Assembly: GCA_039975135.1 (NCBI GenBank)
Contig: JBDWHS010000002.1
Location: 41,479 to 105,478, forward strand
Source: Sneathiella sp.
Lineage (GTDB): Bacteria; Pseudomonadota; Alphaproteobacteria; Sneathiellales; Sneathiellaceae
Length of the DNA stretch: 64,000 nucleotides
Reading direction: 5' to 3'
The translations under genes and the position numbers were made by a program. Within the stretch, counting starts at the first letter, position 1. Each line of letters begins with the position of its first letter. Below are positions 43,399 to 52,954 of this stretch, piece by piece. The notes below the pieces were generated by a model. That model had not been told where the DNA came from. It saw nothing but the letters and a program-made list of their open reading frames with translations, and did no database searches.

Positions 43399-44835
43399 AT
43401 GGGACATCCAACAGAAGTTCGCGTTGAAAGCATGCGGATCGCCGGTGAGAAAGTCACCACGGCCGAAACGATTGATGTGGTCAATCCGTTTAGCAATAAC
43501 ACTGTCGGTACGATCCCGGCGGGGCAGGTTGAGCATGTCCGGGCGGCTTTTAAAGCAGCAAAGGACTATCAACCAACTCTGTCCCGTCATGAACGGTATG
43601 AGATCTTGCAAAAGGCCGCCGATTTACTGGTTGCCCGAAAAGAGGAAATCTCGGATTTGATTACTGCTGAGGCTGGGCTTTGTAAGAAAGACAGCTTGTA
43701 TGAAGTCGGGCGGGCCTATGATGTCTTCAGTCTTTCCGCGCGTCTTTGTACCCATGATGACGGCGAGATTTACTCTTGTGATATCACGCCCCATGGCAAG
43801 CAACGCAAGATTTTTACGTTGCGGGAGCCCTTAGGCGCAATCAGTGCGATCACACCGTTTAATCATCCGCTTAATCAGGTCGCTCACAAGGTGGCACCAT
43901 CCATCGCAACCAATAACTGCATGGTCCTGAAGCCTACGGAAAAAACGCCGCTGACGGCTCTCCTGCTCGCAGACGTCCTTTATGAAGCAGGATTGCCGCC
44001 TGCCATGTTCTCTGTGGTAACTGGCCATCCTCAGGATATCGCTGATGAAATGCTGGTGAATGAGAATGCTGAGCTGGTGACCTTTACAGGCGGTGTTCCG
44101 ATCGGAAAATATATTGCGGAGAAAGCCGGCTATAAACGTAAAATCCTCGAGCTTGGGGGGAATGATCCTCTAATCATTCTGGAAGACGCAGATTTAGAAA
44201 AAGCCTCAGATTTGGCGGTGGCCGGCGCGTATAAAAATTCTGGACAGCGCTGCACGGCCGTTAAGCGTATTCTGGTGGCAGATGCTGTCGCGGATGACTT
44301 CGTAGAACTTCTAACAGCCAAAACAAAGCAGTTGAAATATGGTGATCCGTTTGATCCTGAGATGGATATGGGAACAGTGATCAACGAAGCCTCCGCCGTT
44401 CAGTTTCAGGATCGGGTGAATGATGCGGTTTCAAAAGGGGCTGTTCTGAAAGTCGGCAATGACCGACAGGGCGCTCTCTATGCGCCAACGGTTGTTGATC
44501 ATGTTCCCTACGACTGTGAACTCGTGCGCGAAGAGACATTTGGCCCAGTGGCGCCGGTCATTCGTTTTAAAGATATCGACGATGCGATCCGTATTTCGAA
44601 CTCAACCGCTTTCGGCTTGTCTTCGGGTGTTTGTACGGACAACTGGCCCGCAATTCAGCGCTTTATCAAAGAGTTGAATGTCGGCACGGTAAATATCTGG
44701 GAAGTTCCGGGTTACCGGATCGAGATGTCACCATTTGGTGGGATCAAAGATTCCGGCCTTGGTTATAAAGAAGGCGTTCTGGAGGCAATGAAAAGCTTCA
44801 CCAATGTAAAGACCTATTCGCTTCCCTGGATTTGA
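43399..44835 (+). CDS. phnY: Phosphonoacetaldehyde dehydrogenase (ALDH superfamily)
   Basis: ALDH motifs [30 protein letters not shown]. Starts 11 nt after phnA. Confidence 0.75.
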   Translation: MGHPTEVRVESMRIAGEKVTTAETIDVVNPFSNNTVGTIPAGQVEHVRAAFKAAKDYQPTLSRHERYEILQKAADLLVARKEEISDLITAEAGLCKKDSLYEVGRAYDVFSLSARLCTHDDGEIYSCDITPHGKQRKIFTLREPLGAISAITPFNHPLNQVAHKVAPSIATNNCMVLKPTEKTPLTALLLADVLYEAGLPPAMFSVVTGHPQDIADEMLVNENAELVTFTGGVPIGKYIAEKAGYKRKILELGGNDPLIILEDADLEKASDLAVAGAYKNSGQRCTAVKRILVADAVADDFVELLTAKTKQLKYGDPFDPEMDMGTVINEASAVQFQDRVNDAVSKGAVLKVGNDRQGALYAPTVVDHVPYDCELVREETFGPVAPVIRFKDIDDAIRISNSTAFGLSSGVCTDNWPAIQRFIKELNVGTVNIWEVPGYRIEMSPFGGIKDSGLGYKEGVLEAMKSFTNVKTYSLPWI

Positions 44836-44838
44836 TCT

Positions 44839-45723
44839 TTATCCCAGCTTTCCAAGCTCCTCCCGGAGCCAGTGTTCAAGGTCCTGAAGCATTTGGGCGG
44901 GCTTTTCATGGCCTGCAGTAATGAGCCAGTAGGCGAACCCGGTTGGGTATCGGCCCGGGAAGGGGGCAATGATCTGCCGGGCTTTTAGGGCATCGGAGGC
45001 GAGCGTCTCCCATGCAAGAAAAACACCCTGCCCAGCAATCGCAGCGTCCAGGCACAAGGAGCCGTCGGAAAAGCTTGGGCCCTCTTTTAAGAGGGTGTCG
45101 TCCAGACCGTTGGGTTCCAGCCAATTATTCCAACTGAACATTTCACCTTGATCCCGAATGATGGGTACACGCGAAAGATCAGAAGGGGATTGCAGAACGG
45201 AAGCAAAAGCTGGGCTGCAAACAGGGAAGATCCTGTGATCGACAAGTTTTGCTGCTTTCACATCCGGCCAGGGGCCTGTTCCGACCCGGATACAAGCATC
45301 AATATCATCATGTCCCGGCGTGGTCAGAAAATTAGTGGCTTCCACCCGAATGCGGATATCAGGATGTTTTCTGTTGAAATCCTGTAATCGCCAAACAAGC
45401 CATTTTCCGGCGAAAACCGGGGCAACTGATAGTGTTAGTGTATTATTCTGCTTTTGCGTTGCATGATGTACAGCGCTGGATAATTCTGAAAATCCGTGAT
45501 TGAGAGGCACGAGAATACTCTCACCCATTGAGGTCAATGTCAGCCCCTTGGGACGGCGCTCGAACAGGATGAGCCCGAGTTGCTCCTCGGCTTTGCGGAT
45601 TTGCTGGCTGATGGCGCCGGGTGTGACACCAAGTTCAGCCGCCGCACCTTTCAAGCTCCCCAACCTTCCTACAGCTTCTACCGCACGAAGGCTGCCCAGA
45701 TGTACTCTATTCAGGTTTTTCAT
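44839..45723 (-). CDS. LysR-family regulator (GcvA/AmpR-like subgroup)
   Basis: HTH LKGAAAELGVTPGAISQQIRKAEE. Convergent with phnY, only 3 nt between the stops. Divergent from the crotonase/RidA pair. Confidence 0.85.
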   Translation of the reverse strand: MKNLNRVHLGSLRAVEAVGRLGSLKGAAAELGVTPGAISQQIRKAEEQLGLILFERRPKGLTLTSMGESILVPLNHGFSELSSAVHHATQKQNNTLTLSVAPVFAGKWLVWRLQDFNRKHPDIRIRVEATNFLTTPGHDDIDACIRVGTGPWPDVKAAKLVDHRIFPVCSPAFASVLQSPSDLSRVPIIRDQGEMFSWNNWLEPNGLDDTLLKEGPSFSDGSLCLDAAIAGQGVFLAWETLASDALKARQIIAPFPGRYPTGFAYWLITAGHEKPAQMLQDLEHWLREELGKLG

Positions 45724-46099
45724 ATAGAAATCCTAAACTCACCTTTAGAAAAAATCGATAAAAATAACATGTGATACCGAATATGATATAGGAATGTTAA
45801 AATACTTAAGAACACGTTTTCCAACTTTCTTTCTTTCCGAACCGGTTGATTGGGAAGCGGACCCGCTGTCTCATCCGGAGATCCGAAACATGTCCATGCA
45901 TACTTTGGCCGACCTCCCACTAGACCCGCCGTCAGCTCCTCTTGGGTATCGGGAAAAGGTAAAATCCTGCGCGTCCAGCGGATCTATAGAAGAGCAAGGA
46001 AATCCTATCTCTTCCTTTGATGACGAATATCTTCTAGAATTTTCCAAAAATTAGGATTTGCTGGTGGTGCATTAGCAAGCCCGGAAAAAGAGGAGGGGG

Positions 46100-46846
46100 A
46101 TGAATATGGGCGCTGTCACTTATACATCTGCAGGCCATCATGTTGCCGTCATCACAATAAACTGTGCAGAGCGTATGAACCGTCTGGATGCTGATATTAT
46201 TGATGGGCTGGAAGCAGCCTGGCGGCAATTCATGCAGACCGACGAGCACCGGGTCGCGGTTCTGGCGGCAAACGGGCCGTCCTTTTCCACCGGCGCAGAC
46301 CTGAAGGCCATTCCGCATGACTTGTATCGGGGCATTCCAGGTGTCGGTGTTGCTGTTGACAAGCCTGTCGTTGCTGCGGTGCAGGGCTGGTGCGTTGGCG
46401 GTGGGATGGTGCTGACCACCATGTGCGATATCCTGATTGCCGCAGACGATGCCAAGTTCAGCTATCCTGAAGTAAAAATCGGCTTTTCCGGCGGCTTGAT
46501 CTCAACATTGGCTTGCCGCATTCCTCATAAAATAGCGATGGATCTTCTGTTGGTGGGGGAGCCGATTACGGCAGGGCGGGCTTATGAGGTTGGCTATGTC
46601 AACAAACTGGTTGCCGAAGAGAAGCTGATGGATACGGCGGTGGATTATGCCAAACGTATCGCGGCACAAGCCCCTCTTGTATCGCGCATGCTGAAGCGCT
46701 TTGTGGGCGAAACAATCCCCAAGGGCCCAACAGAAATAGCGGGCATCACCCGGGCGGAGGTCGATGCTACAAATACCAGCTTAGATGTTGAAGAAGGCGT
46801 TGCCGCTTTTATGGAGAAACGTCTTCCGGCATTTAAGGGTGAATAG
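46100..46846 (+). CDS. Enoyl-CoA hydratase/isomerase (crotonase) family protein
   Basis: 248 aa. Crotonase oxyanion-hole segments FSTGADLK and GWCVGGG. RBS AAGAGGAGGGGG. Confidence 0.85.
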   Translation: MNMGAVTYTSAGHHVAVITINCAERMNRLDADIIDGLEAAWRQFMQTDEHRVAVLAANGPSFSTGADLKAIPHDLYRGIPGVGVAVDKPVVAAVQGWCVGGGMVLTTMCDILIAADDAKFSYPEVKIGFSGGLISTLACRIPHKIAMDLLLVGEPITAGRAYEVGYVNKLVAEEKLMDTAVDYAKRIAAQAPLVSRMLKRFVGETIPKGPTEIAGITRAEVDATNTSLDVEEGVAAFMEKRLPAFKGE

Positions 46847-46868
46847 TGTTGGTAAAAAGGGAATTATT

Positions 46869-47345
46869 GTGAACGCCATCGAAAAACGTCTTCAGGAATT
46901 GGGGATCGACTTGCCGCAAACGCAGCCCCCGATGGCGGCTCTTCTGACACCGTCTCGCATTCTAGGGCGGCGTCTTCTGGTTTCTGCGCAGTTGCCGAAA
47001 CAGGATAATCGTGTCGTCTATACCGGAAAACTCGGCGATACCCTGGACCTTGCTGCTGGGCAACAGGCAACGCGGCTATGCGCCCTGAATGTTCTGGCCC
47101 ATGCTAAAGAGGCACTGGACGGTGATCTGAGCCGCATTGAAGTGGTGGCGCGCTTGCGCGGCTATGTCAATGTAGTGCCTGAGTTCCATCAAATCGCCGA
47201 AGCAGTCAATGGCGCTTCACAGCTGATACTGGATGTTTTCGGAGCGCAGATAGGAGCTCACTGCAGAACAGCGATTGGAGCGGCAAATATGCCTTTTAAT
47301 GCCACTGCCGAAGTTGAGGCTGAATTTTACCTGAATGAGAATTGA
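46869..47345 (+). CDS. RidA/YjgF/L-PSP family protein
   Basis: GTG 46869 lies 7 nt after AAGGGA. 158 aa. N-terminal IEKRLQELGIDLP is typical of the longer Rid subfamilies. Confidence 0.75.
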   Translation: MNAIEKRLQELGIDLPQTQPPMAALLTPSRILGRRLLVSAQLPKQDNRVVYTGKLGDTLDLAAGQQATRLCALNVLAHAKEALDGDLSRIEVVARLRGYVNVVPEFHQIAEAVNGASQLILDVFGAQIGAHCRTAIGAANMPFNATAEVEAEFYLNEN

Positions 47346-47480
47346 GTGAAGTTTTCCATATGGCAACGGCTGTGTTGTTTTTGTGTGTGAATGTCGCGCG
47401 AAGCGCGCTGAAAATTGACAAAAATATCTGGTTGTGATTTGGTCATGTCGTTGTTTGATTTGCGTGAATCTGGAATTTTA

Positions 47481-48503
47481 ATGACTTTCAAAACCCGTAA
47501 CAGTTCGTCTCGTTGTACGAAAGCGCTGTCTTCCATATTTGTCGTCGGCCTCGTGTCTATCTTGTTAGGAGGCTGCATCTCAACAAGCGAACCACCGCCG
47601 CCCCTCAGTAAAATGACTTCCAAAAACTTCACCGAAGTCGTGAAGGAAAAACCGCTTGTTGGGGCAGGGGCCATTGCTGTTTTTGTTCTGGGAGCGGAAA
47701 ATTACCCTCTTATTTACTCGATTGACGGAATTCCCGCCGCGACACAACATCAAGGATTTATCTGGCTACCTGTTGTTCCGGGATTGCACAAATTTCACGC
47801 GAGACAAGCTAGTTTTAACTTCTCGCCCATTCAGGTTTCTGTAACCGAAGGTAAGGTTACCTATCTGGTGTTTGATAGTTCGTGGTTCGCCGTTAATCCC
47901 TATCGAATTGGCTCCAAGCAAGAATTTGAAGAAAATCTCAAAAAAAGACCGACCATGCAATATCAAGTTGCCCTGGAGAATCCGGTTCACGCTTTTTTGC
48001 CAACGTCCCTCAAAGTACTTCTAGATGGATGTGGTCCCAGTACTATTCAAACGATGTGCAAGCGGGCTCTTGAAGAAATTCCAGAAATACTGATTGGCTC
48101 CAATCGCCGAGCACAAATAGCCGCGTTGACAAAAGCGGGAACTGATACTCCTTTAGTAGCGACACTTGCGGCGGCAGAGGAAAAGATAGTCCCCCTGAAA
48201 ACTACCGAAATTGATACGAATTTGGAACTTTCGGCTGAAATCCAACGGGATCAGTTAATGGTGCAAATTAGTGATCTGCTCCAGGATGGAAAAGCTGCTG
48301 AAGCACTAGGTTATTTTTTAAAACTTGATGCCTTACCCGTTCCAATCGACACCGCTACTGATTTTTATTGGGCGCAGGCAATGTTGGCAAATGGGGATAA
48401 AAAGAGTGCGTTGGTGAAGCTGACGCGGTTTATAAAACGAATTGAAACGTCCTCACAATATTACCAACCGGCAATCCGACTTCTGACAACAATAAAAGGG
48501 TAG
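47481..48503 (+). CDS. Hypothetical lipoprotein (DUF2846-like N-terminal domain, helical TPR-like C-terminus)
   Basis: Lipobox ILLGGC after a basic n-region (MTFKTRNSSSRCTK...). Start chosen to give a plausible signal peptide. Family assignment is weak. Confidence 0.5.
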   Translation: MTFKTRNSSSRCTKALSSIFVVGLVSILLGGCISTSEPPPPLSKMTSKNFTEVVKEKPLVGAGAIAVFVLGAENYPLIYSIDGIPAATQHQGFIWLPVVPGLHKFHARQASFNFSPIQVSVTEGKVTYLVFDSSWFAVNPYRIGSKQEFEENLKKRPTMQYQVALENPVHAFLPTSLKVLLDGCGPSTIQTMCKRALEEIPEILIGSNRRAQIAALTKAGTDTPLVATLAAAEEKIVPLKTTEIDTNLELSAEIQRDQLMVQISDLLQDGKAAEALGYFLKLDALPVPIDTATDFYWAQAMLANGDKKSALVKLTRFIKRIETSSQYYQPAIRLLTTIKG

Positions 48504-48506
48504 GCA

Positions 48507-49559
48507 ATGAGTAGCTTTCCAAGATTTCTGGCTGCTGCAAGCATCTTGTCATCCGTCTTTGCGACAAGCCTGCAGGCTCAGGAAACAGCAGGATTTGAGA
48601 AAAAACTGGATAAGACCATAAAGGCCGCTTGCCATGGTTATCTGGTGGATGCAATTCCGGATGCGCTTCAATGGTTGAGAGAAGAGATTTATAAAAAAAG
48701 TCCCTTTTGTCAGCGTGTTAACAAAGCCTATGACAATCAGGACATCAACGACGCTATTCAGGCGGAATTTACAAAAAAATCAAAGCCGGGTAATACTCTG
48801 GACTTAAGTAAAAAACATGATCGAGATCTGGCAATTACAATCGAATGTCAGAGCGAGTATATGTGTATGGAGAGCCGCCTTCGTTTTCTTGGTACAGGGG
48901 CGCCGGTGAACCAGAAAAGTTATGCCCGGGTCGCAGATTTTTGCGGTGGTCGTTATGGATGTATCCAGGCCTTTTTTGATAAATGGCCAACCAAGCTGCC
49001 AACAGCAAAAGAGGGAGATAAATCCAAAATACTGACATTCTCCAGTATTTTGAAAACTAAGGGCGAGAACCCGATTGATCAGAGTAGCTCCGAAAGAGCA
49101 TCCTCAAACTCAGCCGTCGTTGGATCTGGTGTGAAATCTACAAGTAACACTTTCAAGAGTAAACAAAAGGCCAGTCAGCGTAGAAATAGTTCCGCTAGCG
49201 GTGCAGAACTAGCTGCAGTGAGTGTTGGGCAATCCGCTAAAGACCAAAAATCGGTATCGGCGACAGATCAAAATAAAGCTTCAGAAATGGAATCCAAGAA
49301 GATTGTTTTTAGTGCAAAACGACTAACATATGCGAAGGCAAAGGCATTTTGTGAGAGTAAAGGCATGCATCTACCGACTGTGCCTGAGGCAAAAGCCAAA
49401 AGAGCTCAACTTCAATCAGGGGATCCCTATTGGGGCATATGGACCACGGACCAAACTCAGTCAGATCGCCTCATCAATCGCTATCGTACACTTCGAAATA
49501 ACGGATTTACAGAAGGCGCAGGAAGACATACTGAACAGCGTACCTTTTGTTTCCCCTGA
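48507..49559 (+). CDS. Secreted Cys-rich hypothetical protein with Ser-rich linker and C-terminal DUF1566/C-type-lectin-like module
   Basis: Signal peptide MSSFPRFLAAASILSSVFATSLQAQE. 8 Cys. C-terminal LTYAKAKAFCESKGMHLPTVPE...YWGIWT...RTFCF resembles the DUF1566 pattern. Confidence 0.5.
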   Translation: MSSFPRFLAAASILSSVFATSLQAQETAGFEKKLDKTIKAACHGYLVDAIPDALQWLREEIYKKSPFCQRVNKAYDNQDINDAIQAEFTKKSKPGNTLDLSKKHDRDLAITIECQSEYMCMESRLRFLGTGAPVNQKSYARVADFCGGRYGCIQAFFDKWPTKLPTAKEGDKSKILTFSSILKTKGENPIDQSSSERASSNSAVVGSGVKSTSNTFKSKQKASQRRNSSASGAELAAVSVGQSAKDQKSVSATDQNKASEMESKKIVFSAKRLTYAKAKAFCESKGMHLPTVPEAKAKRAQLQSGDPYWGIWTTDQTQSDRLINRYRTLRNNGFTEGAGRHTEQRTFCFP

Positions 49560-49648
49560 ACAATTAGGCCCTTCACATAAACGTTATAGGCAGCTTTCAT
49601 AAAAATCAGTAGATTGTGCCCGGTGGATTTGCGGGGTACGAATTAAGT

Positions 49649-50710
49649 ATGAGTGGGCTCAGGCTGCAAGACGGCGTAACGGTCTTTGAGGATGACGGGC
49701 GGATCGGGCCTGTGTCCCTGACAGTTCCAGATGGTCAGATGATGGCGTTGTTGGGCCCTTCTGGGTCGGGCAAGACCACAACTCTTCGCATGATTGCCGG
49801 ATTGGCACCGCTGCTAGGTGGACGGCTTTTTTTTGGAGACCGGGATATTTCAGGCCTTGCTGTGAGAGAGCGTTCTGTAGGGATGGTGTTCCAGAATTTC
49901 GGGCTCTTCCCTCATTTGAATGTGGAGCAGAATATCAGCTTTGGTCTGCGGATGGCGGGTGCGGACAAAACCGCTATTGCGAGCAAACTTTCCTGGATTA
50001 TCGGCAAAACTCGCCTTGAAGGGTTGGAGGGGCGGTTCGCCCACGAGTTATCTGGCGGGCAAAAGCAGCGGGTCGCCTTGGCCCGGACTTTGGTGATGGA
50101 TCCGGAAATCCTGTTGTTGGATGAACCTCTCTCCAACCTTGATGCCAATTTACGTGAAGAAATGGCGCTATTTATCAAGGCATTACAGCAGGATCTTCAG
50201 ATCACAACTGTATTTGTAACTCATGACCAGAGTGAGGCTATGATGCTCGCTGACCTTGTGACCGTGATGGTAGAGGGACAGGTTCTGCAGCAGGGAAGCC
50301 CAGCTGATATTTACGAGCGACCGCAGAGCCGGGATGTTGCTGCCTTTATGGGGGCGGCCAATATCTTTGAAGGAGATATCACTGAAGAAGGGTTTGTGCA
50401 GTGCACTTTTGGAGCTTTGCCATCTCCCGCCGCAGCGACGCCTGAGGCGGGCAAGCCTGTCACAGTGATGGTGCGACCTGAGCATATTGACCTCTCTCCC
50501 TCCTCCGAACCTGGTATAAAAGGGGAGATTGAAAGCGCCCGATATCATGGCAGTCATATTCTTTATTCCATTTCGGTTGGCCCGCAGCAAATGACTGTTT
50601 GGCAAAATGGCCGTTTTCCTTTTCAAGCTGGCGATACTGTTTCGCTCCAATTTTATCCGCGGCATATCTGGCCGCTACCGGACCTAAATTCTTCTATCGA
50701 CAAGGTATAA
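49649..50710 (+). CDS. ABC transporter ATP-binding protein (PotA/YnjD-like)
   Basis: Walker A GPSGSGKTT, signature LSGGQKQRVALAR, Walker B LLLDEPLSNLD. Start trimmed to ATG 49649. Confidence 0.85.
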   Translation: MSGLRLQDGVTVFEDDGRIGPVSLTVPDGQMMALLGPSGSGKTTTLRMIAGLAPLLGGRLFFGDRDISGLAVRERSVGMVFQNFGLFPHLNVEQNISFGLRMAGADKTAIASKLSWIIGKTRLEGLEGRFAHELSGGQKQRVALARTLVMDPEILLLDEPLSNLDANLREEMALFIKALQQDLQITTVFVTHDQSEAMMLADLVTVMVEGQVLQQGSPADIYERPQSRDVAAFMGAANIFEGDITEEGFVQCTFGALPSPAAATPEAGKPVTVMVRPEHIDLSPSSEPGIKGEIESARYHGSHILYSISVGPQQMTVWQNGRFPFQAGDTVSLQFYPRHIWPLPDLNSSIDKV

Positions 50711-50715
50711 CCCTT

Positions 50716-52062
50716 ATGAAATTTCTGAAATCCTTGAGTTTAGCCTCTTTTATGGCCGTTGCTTTGATGCCTGCTGCTTTTGCTGCCGAAACAGGTGCGA
50801 AAAAATTCCGAGAGGCCTTTTTGAGCGGCACTGTTCCATGGGACGCTGTTGAAGCGCGTGCTGCGGAAGAAGGAGAGGTTAATTGGTTTCATTGGGGAGG
50901 CAGTGAAGAGCTTAATGCCTGGATCGAGCGAGTTGTTGTTCCAAGAATGAAAGAAAAAGGCATTACGCTTAAAACCACCCGGATTGCTGGAACCCGTGAA
51001 GCGGTGGATCTGGTTCTGGCAGAAAAGACCAGTGGAAGGAATCTCGGTGAGGGGAGCGTTGATGTGATCTGGCTGAACGGCGATAATTTCTACACGCTTG
51101 CGACACAGGATGCTCTGTTCGGTTCTTTCGCAGACAAAGTCCCCCATGCCCGAAATTTCGAGTTTGATCCGGCTAATCCAGCCGCCCAATTGAATTTGTC
51201 TGATTTCGGGACGCCAACGAAAGCACGGGAGATGCCCTGGTCGGGAGAGCAGTATGTCTGCTATTTTGATACCAAACGGCTTGCCCGCGCGGATGCCCCT
51301 CAGGATTTTAACGGCCTGGAGGCATGGCTTGCGGCCAATCCAGGGCGCTTTACCTATGTGAAACCACCGCAATATGTGGGAAACACTTTTGTTCAAACAG
51401 TGCTCTATGCGTTCAATCCGTCGGGCGAGGGGTTTAAAGATTTTCAAAAGCCGATTTCGGATTTTTCTGGCGCTGCTTTTGCGTCGCTGATCAAGCCGGG
51501 CTTCGATTATTTGAAGCGGATTGAGCCTTTGCTTTTGGGCGGTGAAACAGCTGTCTATCCTCAAAACCAGGGGGCATTGCAAGCCCTGTTCAATAATGGC
51601 GAAGTGGATATGGGGTGTGAGTTTGGCCTTTATATCGTGGCCAGTAAGCGGGAAAGCGGGGCTTTTTCGGACACGACTGAAACCCTGGCTTTTCCGACAA
51701 GCGGCATGATTAAAAACAAAAATTTTCTAGCGATCCCGTCAAATGCACCTCATCCAGCCGCAGCTTTGGTGCTGGCCAATGTAATGTCAGCCACGGATGT
51801 GCAGATTTCCAAATTGAAGGAGATCGGGTATCCCCTTGGCGTGGATTTCGCCCGGCTTTCCAAAGCGGATCAGAAGGCGGCAATTGACGCGGCACCGTCC
51901 CATCATGGGGTCAGTGCAGCAGAGTTGGGGGCTGCTGCTGTTGCCGATACCAATGCGTCTCTGGTGAAAGTGATTGAAAAGGTATGGATCCAGTATATCG
52001 AGCGTAAATCCAGCAAACCTTTCGAGGCAATTGTATCTGAGGCGATGAAAGCCGCCCGGTAA
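50716..52062 (+). CDS. ABC substrate-binding protein, YnjB-like (COG4134-like), ligand unknown
   Basis: Signal peptide MKFLKSLSLASFMAVALMPAAFAAE. Segments WFHWGGS and SVDVIWLNGDNF resemble YnjB-type proteins as I recall them. Confidence 0.7.
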   Translation: MKFLKSLSLASFMAVALMPAAFAAETGAKKFREAFLSGTVPWDAVEARAAEEGEVNWFHWGGSEELNAWIERVVVPRMKEKGITLKTTRIAGTREAVDLVLAEKTSGRNLGEGSVDVIWLNGDNFYTLATQDALFGSFADKVPHARNFEFDPANPAAQLNLSDFGTPTKAREMPWSGEQYVCYFDTKRLARADAPQDFNGLEAWLAANPGRFTYVKPPQYVGNTFVQTVLYAFNPSGEGFKDFQKPISDFSGAAFASLIKPGFDYLKRIEPLLLGGETAVYPQNQGALQALFNNGEVDMGCEFGLYIVASKRESGAFSDTTETLAFPTSGMIKNKNFLAIPSNAPHPAAALVLANVMSATDVQISKLKEIGYPLGVDFARLSKADQKAAIDAAPSHHGVSAAELGAAAVADTNASLVKVIEKVWIQYIERKSSKPFEAIVSEAMKAAR

Positions 52063-52066
52063 CAAT

Positions 52067-52954
52067 ATGAGAGCAAGCCTGAAGAAAAATCAGCTTAAAA
52101 TAGTTGCCGGGCTCGCCCCGGCGGCCCTTATTCTGTGTATTCTTTTCTTTGGTGCGCTTACTCTCAGTATCCTGCAAAGCTTCGGATATGCACCGCAATA
52201 CGGGGTCACTAACTTTCCCACCCTTCGTTATTATGAAGCTTTGTTTGAGGAAAGTAGCTTTTGGATCTCGCTTGGTTTGACCTTTTATTACGCGCTGGTG
52301 CCCACCCTTCTTGGGGCCGTCATCAGCCTGGCCTTTTCCCTGCTTTTGATCCGAAAATTCAAGGGGCGGGCATTAGCACTCTGGATTTATAAGATTCCCA
52401 TGGTAGTCCCTTATCTGGTCGGGGTTAGCCTTGTGATCCTGCTTTTTGCCAATGGTGGATTATTGGCGCGCTTGGCGTATTTTATTGGCTGGATAGCAAG
52501 CCCGTCCGAGTTTCCTCGTCTTTTACAAACAACCGGCGGCGCCGGTATTATGGCGGTATATTTGTGGAAGCAAGTCCCGTTCATGACGGTAATGCTGTAT
52601 GCCAATCTGTTGGTTTTGGGGCGGCAGGAAGAAGAAAGCGCCCTTTTACTGGGGGCTTCTCCGTGGCAGATTTTTTGGCATGTAACGTTGCCAAGACTTA
52701 TGCCCGCACTGGTCAGCAGCACGCTTATTGTCTTTGCCTTTAACTTTGGCGGCTTTGAAGTGCCGTTTATTTTAGGGGCCGCTTATCCCAACACACTGAC
52801 GGTTGAAGCCTGGCGCCTTTTCGATGATGCTGACTATAGCAACCGGCCTGCCGCGATGGCCATTACAACGCTGATCACCGTGATTTCCGGGATGTGTCTG
52901 TTTTTTTATTTGGCAGCTTATCGGCGATACGAGCGTAAACGGGGGCGGGTCTGA
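52067..52954 (+). CDS. ABC transporter permease
   Basis: 295 aa, 6 TM helices, EAA-like loop (LLLGASPWQIFWHVTLP). Confidence 0.85.
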   Translation: MRASLKKNQLKIVAGLAPAALILCILFFGALTLSILQSFGYAPQYGVTNFPTLRYYEALFEESSFWISLGLTFYYALVPTLLGAVISLAFSLLLIRKFKGRALALWIYKIPMVVPYLVGVSLVILLFANGGLLARLAYFIGWIASPSEFPRLLQTTGGAGIMAVYLWKQVPFMTVMLYANLLVLGRQEEESALLLGASPWQIFWHVTLPRLMPALVSSTLIVFAFNFGGFEVPFILGAAYPNTLTVEAWRLFDDADYSNRPAAMAITTLITVISGMCLFFYLAAYRRYERKRGRV

